Shown here: in pieces, positions 48,833 to 59,373 of the stretch | Layout of the letters: the number at the start of each line of letters is the position of its first letter | Position numbering within the stretch: the first letter of the stretch is position 1 | Source of the DNA: an uncultured Actinomycetota bacterium | GTDB lineage: Bacteria > Actinomycetota > Actinomycetes > Mycobacteriales > Mycobacteriaceae | Direction: 5' to 3' | DNA length: 64,000 nucleotides | Assembly: GCA_963795995.1 (NCBI GenBank) | Contig: CAWCJY010000005.1 | Coordinates: 44,726-108,725, forward strand | The notes under the pieces: generated by a model | Told to the model about the DNA's origin: nothing | What the model saw: only the letters and a program-made list of their open reading frames with translations | Databases searched by the model: none | Made by a program: the position numbers and the translations under genes

Positions 48833-49089
48833 CTTGGCTCCGTCACAACGTATTTCGTGTGCAGTATTGCCGATACCGGCCAGCGTGCGGGTGCGTTTGG
48901 CCGCAAATTTCCCGGTTGATGACGGAACCGCCCGCTGTGCAGCGTCACAATGTAGGTTAGGCCAGCCAATTCGCGGTCTGGTTCATAACCTGGATTCCGT
49001 CGTCGTGCGCGCCCTTCTTGCCAAAGTGCTGCTAGGTGATTGGGCGCAGTCGCGAAACCTGTCGCTGACTGCACCCTCGCGCAACCGAA

Positions 49090-50748
49090 TTAGTCCCGGG
49101 TGAAACCGATTGCGGTGTAGATCGGATCCGCCAGCCCGAACGCGCCATAGTTCGACAGATCGTTACGTACCGCGGTGTCGCCGGGGGACTGGAACAGCGG
49201 TAGGCTAAATCCTTCCTGCCAGATCATTTGATCGACTTCGTTCGCGAGGGCGCGGGCCTTGCCCTGATTCAGCTCGGACAGCGTCTGATCGATCTTGGCG
49301 TCGATCTGCGGATTGCCGATCTTCCCGAAATTGCTGGCGCCGTCGGAGGTGAATATCTGCGGCAGCGCCGACAGCGGATAAGCGCCGCCCACCCATCCGA
49401 ATTCGACGATGTCGAAGTCTCCCGTTGAGACGTATTGCTCGAAGAAACCGGTAGCCGGTTTGGGATCGAGCACCAGCTTGACCCCGACTTGTGCCAGGTT
49501 CTGCTGAGCGATCAATGCGATCTCTCGTCGGAATTGCTCGTCGAAGAATGGGTCACGGATGACCAGTTGTTTGCCGGCTTTCTCCCGCACCGATCCATTG
49601 AGCTTCCAGCCCAACGCATCGAGCTCCCGGCGCGCCTCCTCGGGGTTGTAAGCGGCTGGCGCGCTGTTGTCATGGTAGCCAACCTGACCCGCGACGTAGA
49701 TGTGGTTGTTAAGCGGAACCGGATTGCCGGTGAGGCCGTGCTGGACGACGTTGGCAATGGTCTGGCGGTCGATTGCCTTACAGATCGCCAACCGCAGCTT
49801 CTCGTCGGCCATGATGGATCCTGGTGCACCGTTGAACGTGAAGTGGTACCAGACCGGGGCCGGCGCATGCCGGATCGTGATCCCGGGCGCGCGCCGCGCA
49901 ATGACCATGTCGTCGAGTGAACCCACGTCCGCGGCGTCGATCGCATCGTTCTGCAATGCGGGGACCACCGCAGAGGGGTCAAGCACCAGGAACGTGATTG
50001 AATCCAGCCGCGGCTTAGCGCCCCACCAGCGGGGATTGCGGGTCAGCACGATTCGCTGCGCGGCCCGGTCGATGCGTGACACGACGAACGGTCCGGCTGA
50101 CGGGCCCGGAGCGTTGAGCTGACCGGTGTTGAACACCTCCGGGTCCGCTGTCATGCTGCGGGGTTGCAAGCCGCTGAATATCGCCCGCCATTCCGCGTAC
50201 GGCTTGTCGAACGTCACCACCGCCTGGCGGTCGTCCACACCCCTGGTCACCGAGACCACCCGTTCGAACCCCGCACTGCTGGCGATCAAGAACCGCTGGT
50301 CGCGGCCACTGCACGCGTCAACCTCGGCTTTGAAGTCCTGCCAGCTGATTGGGGTGCCGTCGCTCCAGACCGCCTTCGGATTGATGGTGAATGTGGCGAC
50401 CTGAGGGGTTGTGTTGGTCAGTTCGGCACGGGTGAAGTAATCGGTGTTGAGCCGCTGTTGTCCGTCGGCGCTGGTGATGAACACACTCGGCGACGTCGGG
50501 ACGATCACGGACCCGGTGTCGGCCGAGTTTCCGTCAATGTTCAGTAGGTTGAAGTTCGACGGGAACATGTTCAGCGCGAGCCGCAGATTACCGCCGTCGC
50601 GCAGGGTTGCCGGGTCGCGCGGATTGATGTCGCTGGCTTTGCCGACTTGGGCCGCCCGCGCAGTCGGGAGGTCCCGGTAACCGTCTGAGCAGCCGGTGCC
50701 GATAAGGCACGCCAATAGTATGAGCAGCATAAGCAAGCGCACCGTCAT
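49090..50748 (-). CDS. oppA: oligopeptide ABC transporter substrate-binding lipoprotein OppA
   Basis: SBP family 5 pattern across the ~550-aa protein. The start is taken at the internal Met, giving MTVRLLMLLILLACLIGTGC (signal plus lipobox). Position matches Rv1280c. Confidence 0.88.
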   Translation of the reverse strand: MTVRLLMLLILLACLIGTGCSDGYRDLPTARAAQVGKASDINPRDPATLRDGGNLRLALNMFPSNFNLLNIDGNSADTGSVIVPTSPSVFITSADGQQRLNTDYFTRAELTNTTPQVATFTINPKAVWSDGTPISWQDFKAEVDACSGRDQRFLIASSAGFERVVSVTRGVDDRQAVVTFDKPYAEWRAIFSGLQPRSMTADPEVFNTGQLNAPGPSAGPFVVSRIDRAAQRIVLTRNPRWWGAKPRLDSITFLVLDPSAVVPALQNDAIDAADVGSLDDMVIARRAPGITIRHAPAPVWYHFTFNGAPGSIMADEKLRLAICKAIDRQTIANVVQHGLTGNPVPLNNHIYVAGQVGYHDNSAPAAYNPEEARRELDALGWKLNGSVREKAGKQLVIRDPFFDEQFRREIALIAQQNLAQVGVKLVLDPKPATGFFEQYVSTGDFDIVEFGWVGGAYPLSALPQIFTSDGASNFGKIGNPQIDAKIDQTLSELNQGKARALANEVDQMIWQEGFSLPLFQSPGDTAVRNDLSNYGAFGLADPIYTAIGFTRD

Positions 50749-50758
50749 CCCGACGATG

Positions 50759-52612
50759 CTAGCCATCAGGGCCCTCATGGTGGATCCGCGGAATCGCGCC
50801 CAGTAGTCGTCGGGTGTACTCGTGCTGGGGATTGGTTAAGACCTCTTCGCTGTCGCCTTGCTCGACGATCGTTCCCCGATACATCACCGCCACCCGGTGA
50901 GCGAGATGTTTCACCACCGAAAGATCATGTGAGACGAAAAGATACGACAGCCCGAACTGATCTTGCAGGTCGAGCAGCAGGTTGATGATGCCCGCCTGTA
51001 TCGACACATCGAGTGCAGACACCGGCTCGTCGAGAGCCAGAATCTTCGGCTGCAGGGCCAGCGCCCGGGCGATGCCTATTCGCTGCTTTTGGCCGCCGGA
51101 GAACTCGGCGGGATAGCGGCTGGCGTCGCCACGGTTCAGGCCCACAGTGGTCAACAGCTCCGCCACCCGGTCCTCGCGCCGATGCCGGTCCAACCCGTCG
51201 GCGACCAACGGTTCGGCGAGGATGTCGAACACCGGGAGGCGAGGATCCAGCGACGCCACCGGGTCCTGAAAGACCACTTGCAGGTCGGTGCGCAAAGTAC
51301 GGCGCCCGGATGCATTCAACGCCGCGACATCGGCACCGAGGACCTCGATCGAACCCGCCTCCGGTGTTTTCAGATCCAGAATCTGGCGCAGCGTCGTCGA
51401 TTTGCCTGAACCGGATTCACCGACGATGCCCAGCGTTCGGCCCTCCTCCAGGCTGAAACTGATGCCGTCGACCGCACGCACCTCGCCAACTCGCCTGCGA
51501 AGGATCACACCCTTGGTCAAGGGATAAGTTTTCGCAAGCTCGTTGACCTTCAGCACCACCGGGGAGCTACCGGCCCCGGTTTCGGTTGGCTCGGGAAGCC
51601 TGGACACGCCGAAGATCTCGGCTGCGCTGCGGCCGGCGACGTCGTCGGTGCGTATGCACGCCGCCGAGTGACCGTTGCGAATCGTCACCAGATCGGGTTC
51701 GGCCGAATAGCAATCGTCGACCACTAACGGACAGCGAGGCGCGAACGGGCACGCATCGAACGGCACCGACGACATCGTCGGCGGCGCGCCCGGTATCGGT
51801 ATCAGGCGGGTGCCCTGCGGGGCGTTCAGTCGCGGCACCGAACCCAACAGGCCGACGGTGTAAGGCATCCGGCGGTCGCGGTAGAGCTCGTCGACGCCGG
51901 CATTTTCGACCGCACGCCCTGCGTACATCACCAGCGCGCGGTCGGCGAACTCCGACACCACCCCCAAGTTGTGGGTGATGATCAGCACGCCCGCGCCGGT
52001 GACGTCGCGTGCGGTTCGGAGCAGGTCGAGAATCTGCGCCTGCACGGTGACGTCCAGCGCGGTGGTCGGTTCGTCGCAGATCAACAGGTCCGGGTCGTTG
52101 GCGATCGCGATGGCGATCACCACCCGCTGGCGCTCACCGCCGGACAACTCGTGCGGAAAGGCTTTCGCCCGGCGCGCCGGCTGCGAGATGCCGACCAGGT
52201 CGAGCAGTTCGACCGCGCGCTCGCGCGCATCGGCTCGGCTGATGTCGTCGTCGTGCACTTGGATGGCTTCGGCTATCTGGTCACCGACCGTATAGACGGG
52301 TGTCAGGGCCGACATCGGGTCCTGAAACACAGTGCCGATTGTGTTGCCGCGAATCCGTGACATGGCGTGGTCGGACAACCCGAGTAATTCCCGGCCCTGC
52401 AGCCGCACGGACCCCGATACCTGCGCGTGGTCCGGCAGCAGTCCGACGACGGCCATCGCGGCGGTGGTTTTACCTGAACCGGATTCGCCGACAATGGCGA
52501 GCACGTTGCCGGGCTCGATGGAATAGCTGGTGCCGCGCACCGCTGCGACGTGTACGTCATCGGTGGCGAAAGTGACATTCAAATCTGTTACTTCGAGCAG
52601 AGGCGCCGTCAC
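50759..52612 (-). CDS. oppD: oligopeptide ABC transporter, fused double ATPase OppD(F)
   Basis: Two ABC cassettes: GESGSGKTT / LSGGERQRV / [11 protein letters not shown] and GESGSGKST / FSGGQKQRI / [14 protein letters not shown] 52612 overlaps the oppC stop (GTGA), giving 617 aa against about 612 aa for Rv1281c. Confidence 0.9.
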   Translation of the reverse strand: MTAPLLEVTDLNVTFATDDVHVAAVRGTSYSIEPGNVLAIVGESGSGKTTAAMAVVGLLPDHAQVSGSVRLQGRELLGLSDHAMSRIRGNTIGTVFQDPMSALTPVYTVGDQIAEAIQVHDDDISRADARERAVELLDLVGISQPARRAKAFPHELSGGERQRVVIAIAIANDPDLLICDEPTTALDVTVQAQILDLLRTARDVTGAGVLIITHNLGVVSEFADRALVMYAGRAVENAGVDELYRDRRMPYTVGLLGSVPRLNAPQGTRLIPIPGAPPTMSSVPFDACPFAPRCPLVVDDCYSAEPDLVTIRNGHSAACIRTDDVAGRSAAEIFGVSRLPEPTETGAGSSPVVLKVNELAKTYPLTKGVILRRRVGEVRAVDGISFSLEEGRTLGIVGESGSGKSTTLRQILDLKTPEAGSIEVLGADVAALNASGRRTLRTDLQVVFQDPVASLDPRLPVFDILAEPLVADGLDRHRREDRVAELLTTVGLNRGDASRYPAEFSGGQKQRIGIARALALQPKILALDEPVSALDVSIQAGIINLLLDLQDQFGLSYLFVSHDLSVVKHLAHRVAVMYRGTIVEQGDSEEVLTNPQHEYTRRLLGAIPRIHHEGPDG

Positions 52613-53544
52613 TTCGGTCGCCGCTTTCTGGCGCGGGCAGGCCGACTGCGAGGGTCCAGCGCGTCCCGCAGTCCGTCGCCGGCAAGGTTGGCGCACAACA
52701 CGATCAGCACCAGAGCTCCGGCTGGGAACAAAAAGACCCACGGGAAGGTGGTGGTTGACGGGGTGCCGTCGGCGATCAGCGTGCCCAACGACACGTCGGG
52801 CGGCTGGATACCGAAGCCGAGAAAGCTCAATCCGGTTTCTGACAGCACCGCGGAGCCGACATTGAGGGTGGCGTCGATGATGAGGATCGAGGCGACGTTC
52901 GGCAGGATGTGGTTGACGATTATTCGCCGGGTCGACACTCCCATATACCTTGCCGCGCGGATGAATTCACGTTCCCGCAGGCTCATGGTCAAGCCGCGCA
53001 CCATTCGCGAGCTGACCATCCAGCCAAAGACCGCCAGCAACACAATGAGCCAGACTATGCTGCTCGACTGTTTGATGCGGGGAGTGATGATGGCGATCAC
53101 GATGAAGCTCGGCACTACCAGCATCAGGTCCACCAACCACATCAGCCCGCGGTCTCGCCAGCCGCCGAAGTATCCCGCCACCGATCCGACGGTGGCGGCG
53201 ATAGTGGTCGAGATCAGCGCGACGCAGAACCCGATCAGCAGCGACTTTTGCATGCCCCGCAAAGTCCGCGCCAGCAAATCCTGCCCGAGCGTGTTGGTGC
53301 CGAACCAATGTCGCAGCGACGGCGGCTGCAGCAGCGCGTGGTAGTCCAGCGCGGTGTAGTCGTACGGGAGCAGCGGTGGCATCGCGTAACAGCCGACGAA
53401 CAACAACACCAGCAGAATCGACGCCACCATCGCAGGTCTGTTGCGAATGAATCGCCGTATCAGCAAGTTTCGTCGTGACACGAAGTCCCCCGGCTGAATG
53501 CCGGCCCGCATGGGCGTGGCCTCCACGGTCGCTTTCTGCGTCAT
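52609..53544 (-). CDS. oppC: oligopeptide ABC transporter permease OppC
   Basis: 311-aa polytopic protein of the BPD-transport family, with the EAA-like loop [15 protein letters not shown]. Confidence 0.88.
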   Translation of the reverse strand: MTQKATVEATPMRAGIQPGDFVSRRNLLIRRFIRNRPAMVASILLVLLFVGCYAMPPLLPYDYTALDYHALLQPPSLRHWFGTNTLGQDLLARTLRGMQKSLLIGFCVALISTTIAATVGSVAGYFGGWRDRGLMWLVDLMLVVPSFIVIAIITPRIKQSSSIVWLIVLLAVFGWMVSSRMVRGLTMSLREREFIRAARYMGVSTRRIIVNHILPNVASILIIDATLNVGSAVLSETGLSFLGFGIQPPDVSLGTLIADGTPSTTTFPWVFLFPAGALVLIVLCANLAGDGLRDALDPRSRPARARKRRPK

Positions 53545-53593
53545 AAGCGCCGCTCCTCCTCATCGCTGCGCTCTGCATCGTCGCCGGCGCGCG

Positions 53594-54571
53594 TCATGAC
53601 ACCCGCACTCTGGGATCAAGCACCCCGTAGAGGATGTCGGACAGCAGCCCGGCCAGCAGAATGGTCGCTCCGATGAACACGGTGATCACGACGACGACGT
53701 TGGTGTCTTGCGTCGAGATGCCCTGCACGACCCATTCACCCATGCCGTGCCAGCCAAATATTCTCTCCACGAAGACCGCTCCGACCACCAACCCACTTAC
53801 CCCGTAGGCGAACAACGTGGCCATCGGGATCAGCGCGGTCCGCAGGCCGTGCTTGAGCAGCGCCCGGCGACGGGTGAGTCCCTTGGCACGCGCGGTCCGG
53901 ATGAAGTCCTCGTTCAGCACATCCAGCATCGCGTTGCGTTGGTAGCGGCTGAACCCGGCGATCTGGCTCAGTGCCAGAGTGAGCGTCGGCAGAATAATGT
54001 GCTGCGTGCGGTCGACGAGCTGCGCCCAGACCCCGCCCGGCGGCAGCGGAGAAGTCTCACCGGTGTACAGCAAGACTCGTGAACCGGTCAGCATGTTAAC
54101 CCGGAGGCCGCCGATGATGAGCAGGCCGGCCAGTACGAATGAGGGGACGCTCAAGACCAGCAACGACACCACGGTGATGACTCGATCGCTGAGCTGATAT
54201 TGACGCACCGCACCCCAGGCTCCCACAACGACGCCGATCACCGCGCCGAACACCGAACCGATCACCACCAGCCGCAAGGTGACCCCGATTCGCCGCCCCA
54301 GCTCCTCGGCGACCGGGTGACCAGTCACCGTGTCGCCGAAATCGCCGTGCAGGGTCCCAGTGAGCCAGGTTGCATATCGGATAGGGATTGGCTTGTCGAG
54401 GTGCAGCTCGACGGTTTTGGCGTCGACGGCTGCTTGTGGTGGCCGCGGATGGCGCTGAATGAAGCTGTCCAAGGGGTGAAACGCCGCCGAAGTCAGGCAG
54501 TACGTCAGGAACGACGCCAGCAACAGCAGCAGGATGTAGTTGAGCGACCGCCGCGCAAGGAAGCGAATCAT
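53594..54571 (-). CDS. oppB: oligopeptide ABC transporter permease OppB
   Basis: 325 aa, the same length as Rv1283c. N-terminus MIRFLARRSLNYILLLLLASFLTY, with the EAA loop NEDFIRTARAKGL. Confidence 0.9.
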   Translation of the reverse strand: MIRFLARRSLNYILLLLLASFLTYCLTSAAFHPLDSFIQRHPRPPQAAVDAKTVELHLDKPIPIRYATWLTGTLHGDFGDTVTGHPVAEELGRRIGVTLRLVVIGSVFGAVIGVVVGAWGAVRQYQLSDRVITVVSLLVLSVPSFVLAGLLIIGGLRVNMLTGSRVLLYTGETSPLPPGGVWAQLVDRTQHIILPTLTLALSQIAGFSRYQRNAMLDVLNEDFIRTARAKGLTRRRALLKHGLRTALIPMATLFAYGVSGLVVGAVFVERIFGWHGMGEWVVQGISTQDTNVVVVITVFIGATILLAGLLSDILYGVLDPRVRVS

Positions 54572-54765
54572 GCCTGACGGTTTCGCCCGTATCGCATTGG
54601 CTCAGGGTAGGAGATGAGTCGTCGGTCGGCGCAGCGGGCGCGACGGTGCGGCTGAATCAGCGCTGGAACCGTTGCGATCTGGGTGATTCGGACCGGTGAA
54701 TTCCAGACCGCCGGTTGTTACACTTCGTCAGCTCAAGCCGTCGGCGATATTCAGGGGAGACCGGT

Positions 54766-55257
54766 GTGACCGTTACCGATGACTACCTGTCCAACAACGC
54801 CGAGTACGCAAACAAGTTCAACGGGCCCCTGCCGCTGCCGCCGAGCAAGCATCTTGCGGTCCTGGCGTGCATGGACGCCCGATTGGACGTCTACCGCATC
54901 CTCGGCATCAACGAAGGGGAGGCCCACGTCATCCGCAATGCCGGCGGAGTGGTCACCGACGACGCAATCCGCTCGCTGGCCATCAGCCAACGGCTGCTGG
55001 GCACCAAGGAGATCATCCTGATCCACCACACCGACTGCGGCATGCTGACGTTCACCGATGATGACTTCAAGCGGGCCATTGAAGAAGAATTAGGTATCAA
55101 GCCGGCGTGGTCAGCCGAAGCCTTCCCCGACCTCGCTGAAGACGTGCGGCAGTCGCTGCGTCGCATCGAGGCCAGCCCCTTCGTCAGCAAGCACGAGTCG
55201 CTGCGCGGGTTCGTCTTCGACGTCGCCACCGGCAAACTCGACGAGGTCACCCTCTAA
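54766..55257 (+). CDS. canA: beta-class carbonic anhydrase CanA
   Basis: GTG 54766 gives 163 aa, the length of Rv1284. The zinc ligand motifs are ACMDAR (CxDxR) and HHTDCGM (HxxC). Confidence 0.88.
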   Translation: MTVTDDYLSNNAEYANKFNGPLPLPPSKHLAVLACMDARLDVYRILGINEGEAHVIRNAGGVVTDDAIRSLAISQRLLGTKEIILIHHTDCGMLTFTDDDFKRAIEEELGIKPAWSAEAFPDLAEDVRQSLRRIEASPFVSKHESLRGFVFDVATGKLDEVTL

Positions 55258-55366
55258 CTCCTTGGCGCTCGGCGCGGGTTGACAGCAGCAGGTCGGACTG
55301 GTTCCATACCGGGTATTGCCCATTAACCTGACCAAGACTACCAACTTTACCTGGAATCGAGGTGTC

Positions 55367-56296
55367 GTGACTCAGGCGACCACGGCCGGCCCCGCGGTAG
55401 GGCAGTACGAGTTGAGCCACCTGCGCTCGTTGGAGGCCGAAGCTATTCACATCATCCGGGAGGTCGCCGCCGAGTTCGAGCGGCCAGTGCTGCTGTTCTC
55501 CGGCGGCAAGGACTCGATCGTGATGCTGCACTTGGCGGTCAAGGCGTTCCGACCCGGTCGGCTGCCGTTTCCGGTGATGCATGTCGACACCGGCCACAAC
55601 TTCGACGAGGTCATCGCAGCCCGCGACGAACTCGTCGAGGAAACCGGCGTGCGGTTGGTGGTGGCCTCGGTGCAAGAAGACATCGATGCCGGTCGCGTCG
55701 TCGACAACGGCCCATCGCGCAACCCCCTGCAGACCGTGACGCTGCTGCGCGGCATCCGGGAGAACAAGTTCGACGCGGCATTCGGCGGCGCTCGGCGCGA
55801 CGAAGAGAAGGCGCGCGCGAAGGAGCGGGTGTTCAGCTTCCGTGACGAGTTCGGCCAGTGGGATCCGAAGGCGCAGCGGCCGGAATTGTGGAATCTGTAC
55901 AACGGGCGGCACCACAAAGGCGAGCACATTCGGGTTTTCCCGTTGTCGAATTGGACCGAGTTCGACATCTGGTCGTACATCGGCGCCGAGAACATCACCT
56001 TGCCCTCGATCTACTACGCGCATCGGCGCGAGGTGTTCGCGCGGGACGGCATGCTGCTGGCGATGCACCGCTTCTTGCAGCCGCGGGCCGGCGAAGAAGT
56101 CTTCGAAACATCGGTGCGCTTCCGCACCGTCGGTGACGTCACCTGCACCGGCTGCGTGGAATCGACAGCGACCACCGTCGATGAGGTGATCGCCGAAACG
56201 GCGGTGTCGCGATTGACCGAACGGGGTGCAACACGAGCCGACGACCGCATCTCCGAGGCGGGAATGGAAGACCGCAAACGGCAGGGGTATTTCTGA
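55367..56296 (+). CDS. cysD: sulfate adenylyltransferase subunit 2 CysD
   Basis: PP-loop LLFSGGKDSIVMLHL with C-terminal ...DRISEAGMEDRKRQGYF. GTG 55367 gives 309 aa. TTG 55316 is an alternative start. Confidence 0.92.
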   Translation: MTQATTAGPAVGQYELSHLRSLEAEAIHIIREVAAEFERPVLLFSGGKDSIVMLHLAVKAFRPGRLPFPVMHVDTGHNFDEVIAARDELVEETGVRLVVASVQEDIDAGRVVDNGPSRNPLQTVTLLRGIRENKFDAAFGGARRDEEKARAKERVFSFRDEFGQWDPKAQRPELWNLYNGRHHKGEHIRVFPLSNWTEFDIWSYIGAENITLPSIYYAHRREVFARDGMLLAMHRFLQPRAGEEVFETSVRFRTVGDVTCTGCVESTATTVDEVIAETAVSRLTERGATRADDRISEAGMEDRKRQGYF

Positions 56297-58149
56297 TGGC
56301 TGCGTCAACTACGTTGCTACGTATCGCCACGGCCGGGTCTGTCGACGACGGTAAATCCACACTGATCGGGCGGCTGCTCTACGACTCGAAGGCGGTGATG
56401 GAAGACCAGTGGGCGTCGGTCGAGCTCAGGAGCAAGGAGCGCGGTCACGACTACACCGACCTTGCTCTGGTCACCGATGGTCTGCGCGCCGAACGCGAGC
56501 AAGGCATCACGATCGACGTGGCCTATCGGTACTTCGACACCCCGAAGCGAAAATTCATCATCGCCGACACCCCCGGCCACATCCAATACACCCGCAACAT
56601 GGTGACCGGGGCATCGACCGCGCATCTGGCGATCATGCTGGTCGACGCTCGGCACGGCGTTCAGGAGCAAACCCGCCGGCACGCGTTCCTGGCGTCGCTG
56701 CTGGGCATCCGTCACATCGTGCTCGCGGTCAACAAGATGGATCTCGTCGACTGGGACGCAACAAGATTCGAGACGATTCGGGACGAGTTCCGGGCCTTCG
56801 CCGCTCGACTCGACGTGCCCGACGTAACCACTATTCCGCTGTCTGCGTTGGACGGTGACAATGTGGTGAGCAAATCCGACCGCGCGCCGTGGTACGACGG
56901 CCCGGCGTTGCTCGCCCACCTCGAAGAGGTGGACATCACCGCCGACCGCAACCTGGCCGACGTGCGGTTTCCGGTGCAGTACGTGATCCGGCCGCAGAGC
57001 CGAGAGCATCAAGACCACCGCAGCTACGCCGGCACGGTGTCCAGCGGCGTAATGCGGCCCGGCGACGACGTCATCGTGTTGCCCACCGGCAAGAGCAGCC
57101 GCATCGTCTCGATCGACGGCCCCAGCGGCCCGGTGACAGAAGCGTTTCCGCCGATGGCCGTCTCGGTGACACTGGCCGACGACATCGACATCTCACGTGG
57201 CGACATGATCGCCTACACCGACAATCCGCCGCGGGCCTCCGAGGAGTTCGACGCGACCGTGTGCTGGATGGCCGACGGCGCTGCGCTCGAACCGGGTCGC
57301 GACTATGTCCTCAAGCAAACCACTCGCACCACCCATGCGCGAGTGACCGCGTTGGACTATCGGTTGGACGTCAACACTCTGGAGCACGACAACAGCGCAA
57401 CTGCGTTGAAGCTGAACGAGCTTGGCCGCATTTCGCTGCGGACTCAGGTACCGCTGCTGCTCGACGAGTACACCCGCAACCCGAGCACCGGATCCTTCAT
57501 CCTGATCGATCCGAACACTAACGGCACGGTGGCCGCTGGCATGGTGTTGCATGAGGTGTCTGCTCGCGTTTCGAGCCCGAATACCGTGCGGCACCAGTCG
57601 CTGGTCACCGCGGACGACCGGCTTTCGCGTGGCGCCACCGTGTGGTTCACCGGACTGTCGGGTTCCGGAAAATCATCGGTGGCGATGCTCGTCGAACAGA
57701 AGCTGCTCGAAAATGGCGTCGCCGCTTATGTTCTCGACGGCGACAATCTGCGGCATGGCCTCAATGCCGATCTGGGTTTCAGCCTGGCTGATCGCACGGA
57801 GAATTTGCGCAGGCTGGCGCATGTCGCGGCGTTACTCGCTGACTCCGGGCAGACCGTGCTGGTGCCGGCGATCAGCCCGCTGACCGAGCATCGCGACCTT
57901 GCCCGTCGCGTGCATGCCGACGCGGGGTTGGGCTTTTTCGAGGTGTTCTGCGACACGCCGATCGAGGAATGCGAGAAGCGGGACCCCAAGGGTCTTTACG
58001 CCAAAGCGCGTGCCGGTGAGATCACCGACTTCACCGGGATCGCCAGCCCATACCAGCGCCCCGACAATCCGGAGCTTCGGCTCACCCCCGACCACAACCT
58101 GGACGAGCTGGCGCAGCACGTCATCGACTTACTCGACTCGCGACAATGA
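56296..58149 (+). CDS. cysN: bifunctional sulfate adenylyltransferase subunit 1 / APS kinase CysN-CysC
   Basis: 617 aa. GTPase motifs are GSVDDGKST, DTPGH and NKMD. The C-terminal APS kinase P-loop is GLSGSGKSS. The ATG overlaps the cysD stop (ATGA... tctgATGg). Confidence 0.95.
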   Translation: MAASTTLLRIATAGSVDDGKSTLIGRLLYDSKAVMEDQWASVELRSKERGHDYTDLALVTDGLRAEREQGITIDVAYRYFDTPKRKFIIADTPGHIQYTRNMVTGASTAHLAIMLVDARHGVQEQTRRHAFLASLLGIRHIVLAVNKMDLVDWDATRFETIRDEFRAFAARLDVPDVTTIPLSALDGDNVVSKSDRAPWYDGPALLAHLEEVDITADRNLADVRFPVQYVIRPQSREHQDHRSYAGTVSSGVMRPGDDVIVLPTGKSSRIVSIDGPSGPVTEAFPPMAVSVTLADDIDISRGDMIAYTDNPPRASEEFDATVCWMADGAALEPGRDYVLKQTTRTTHARVTALDYRLDVNTLEHDNSATALKLNELGRISLRTQVPLLLDEYTRNPSTGSFILIDPNTNGTVAAGMVLHEVSARVSSPNTVRHQSLVTADDRLSRGATVWFTGLSGSGKSSVAMLVEQKLLENGVAAYVLDGDNLRHGLNADLGFSLADRTENLRRLAHVAALLADSGQTVLVPAISPLTEHRDLARRVHADAGLGFFEVFCDTPIEECEKRDPKGLYAKARAGEITDFTGIASPYQRPDNPELRLTPDHNLDELAQHVIDLLDSRQ

Positions 58150-58880
58150 GTGATCACCAGCTAGCCGCGCAACTGGCCACCCAGGCCGGCAAGCTGTTGC
58201 TTGCCGTCCGCGACGAGCTCGCGGGCGCCACGGAGGGGGAACGGAAATCCGCTGGCGACAAGCGATCCCACGAGTTTTTGATGGACGCATTGCACGAAGC
58301 CCGGCCCGGGGACGCGGTGCTTTCCGAAGAGGGTGTCGACGATTCCCGGCGGTTGACAGCGGAGCGGGTGTGGATCGTCGACCCGTTGGACGGCACCCGA
58401 GAGTTCTCCGAGCTCGGGCGTCCCGACTGGGCCGTGCACGTGGCGTTGTGGGAGGCCGGTGCACTGGCCGCAGGTGCGGTTGGGTTGCCCGCGCAAGGCC
58501 TGACCCTGGCCACCCCCGATGTCGTGACACCGCCGATGAATCCGGGGCCGCCGCGGATTGTGGTGTCGCGCACCCGACCGCCGGCGATTGCGCTACGGGT
58601 TCGTGAGCAGCTGGATGGCACGCTGGTCGAGATGGGATCCGCGGGCGCCAAAGTCGCGGCCGTGGTTCAGGGGCTGGCCGACGTCTATGTGCACGCTGGC
58701 GGGCAACACGAATGGGATTCGGCAGCCCCGGTCGCGGTGGCCCGGGCGGCCGGACTGCACACGTCGCGAATCGACGGCTCGGCACTGGAGTACAACCAAA
58801 CTAATCCGCTGCTGCCCGATCTGCTGGTGTGCCGGGCGCAGTATGCCGACGCGGTACTGGCCGCGGTCAATCGAGGCTGA
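58146..58880 (+). CDS. cysQ: 3'(2'),5'-bisphosphate nucleotidase CysQ-like (inositol monophosphatase family)
   Basis: 244 aa with IMPase-family motifs [17 protein letters not shown] and HEWDSAAP. The ATG overlaps the cysNC stop (ATGA at 58146-58149). Confidence 0.82.
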   Translation: MSDHQLAAQLATQAGKLLLAVRDELAGATEGERKSAGDKRSHEFLMDALHEARPGDAVLSEEGVDDSRRLTAERVWIVDPLDGTREFSELGRPDWAVHVALWEAGALAAGAVGLPAQGLTLATPDVVTPPMNPGPPRIVVSRTRPPAIALRVREQLDGTLVEMGSAGAKVAAVVQGLADVYVHAGGQHEWDSAAPVAVARAAGLHTSRIDGSALEYNQTNPLLPDLLVCRAQYADAVLAAVNRG

Positions 58881-58888
58881 GTCAACAA

Positions 58889-59371
58889 ATGCGCATGTCG
58901 GCCAAGGCGGAGTACGCGGTGCGGGCAATGATCCAGCTCGCTACCGCCGACAACGGCGCGCTGGTCAAAACCGACGACCTGGCGGCAGCCCAAGGCATCC
59001 CGGCGCAATTTCTGGTCGACATCTTGTCCGAACTGCGCGCCGACCGCCTGGTCCGCAGCCACCGCGGCCGCGACGGCGGATACCAACTGGCGCGGCCCGG
59101 CACCGAGATCAGCATCGCCGACGTGCTGCGCTGTATCGACGGCCCACTGGCCAGCGTGCGCGACATGGGCCTTGGTGATCTTCCCTACGGCGGCCCAACG
59201 GCGGCGCTCACCGACGTCTGGCGGGCGTTGCGCGCCAGTATGCGCTCGGTGCTGGAGCGGACCAGCTTGGCCGACGTGGCTGCCGGTGCCCTGCCCGGAC
59301 CCGTCGCACAACTGGCCGACGACTACCGCGACCAGGAACGGAATCGGCACGGCCGCCGAACGGCCGGGTGA
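58889..59371 (+). CDS. Rrf2 family transcriptional regulator, Rv1287-like
   Basis: ATG 58889 gives 160 aa: [18 protein letters not shown]...[33 protein letters not shown] (winged HTH of the Rrf2 family). Confidence 0.88.
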   Translation: MRMSAKAEYAVRAMIQLATADNGALVKTDDLAAAQGIPAQFLVDILSELRADRLVRSHRGRDGGYQLARPGTEISIADVLRCIDGPLASVRDMGLGDLPYGGPTAALTDVWRALRASMRSVLERTSLADVAAGALPGPVAQLADDYRDQERNRHGRRTAG

Positions 59372-59373
59372 CG

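Noticed and set aside
43630-49089. Calling the TIR islet a mobile element or genomic island with defined ends.
   Set aside because: There is no integrase, transposase or recombinase gene, no tRNA at the junction and no convincing flanking direct repeats. Only a shared 8-mer TTCGTGTG was seen at about 43812 and about 48856, which is within chance. My hand counts of GC on a few 60-nt lines (55-60% inside against about 60% for one kgd line) are not decisive, so only the rare-codon evidence is used.
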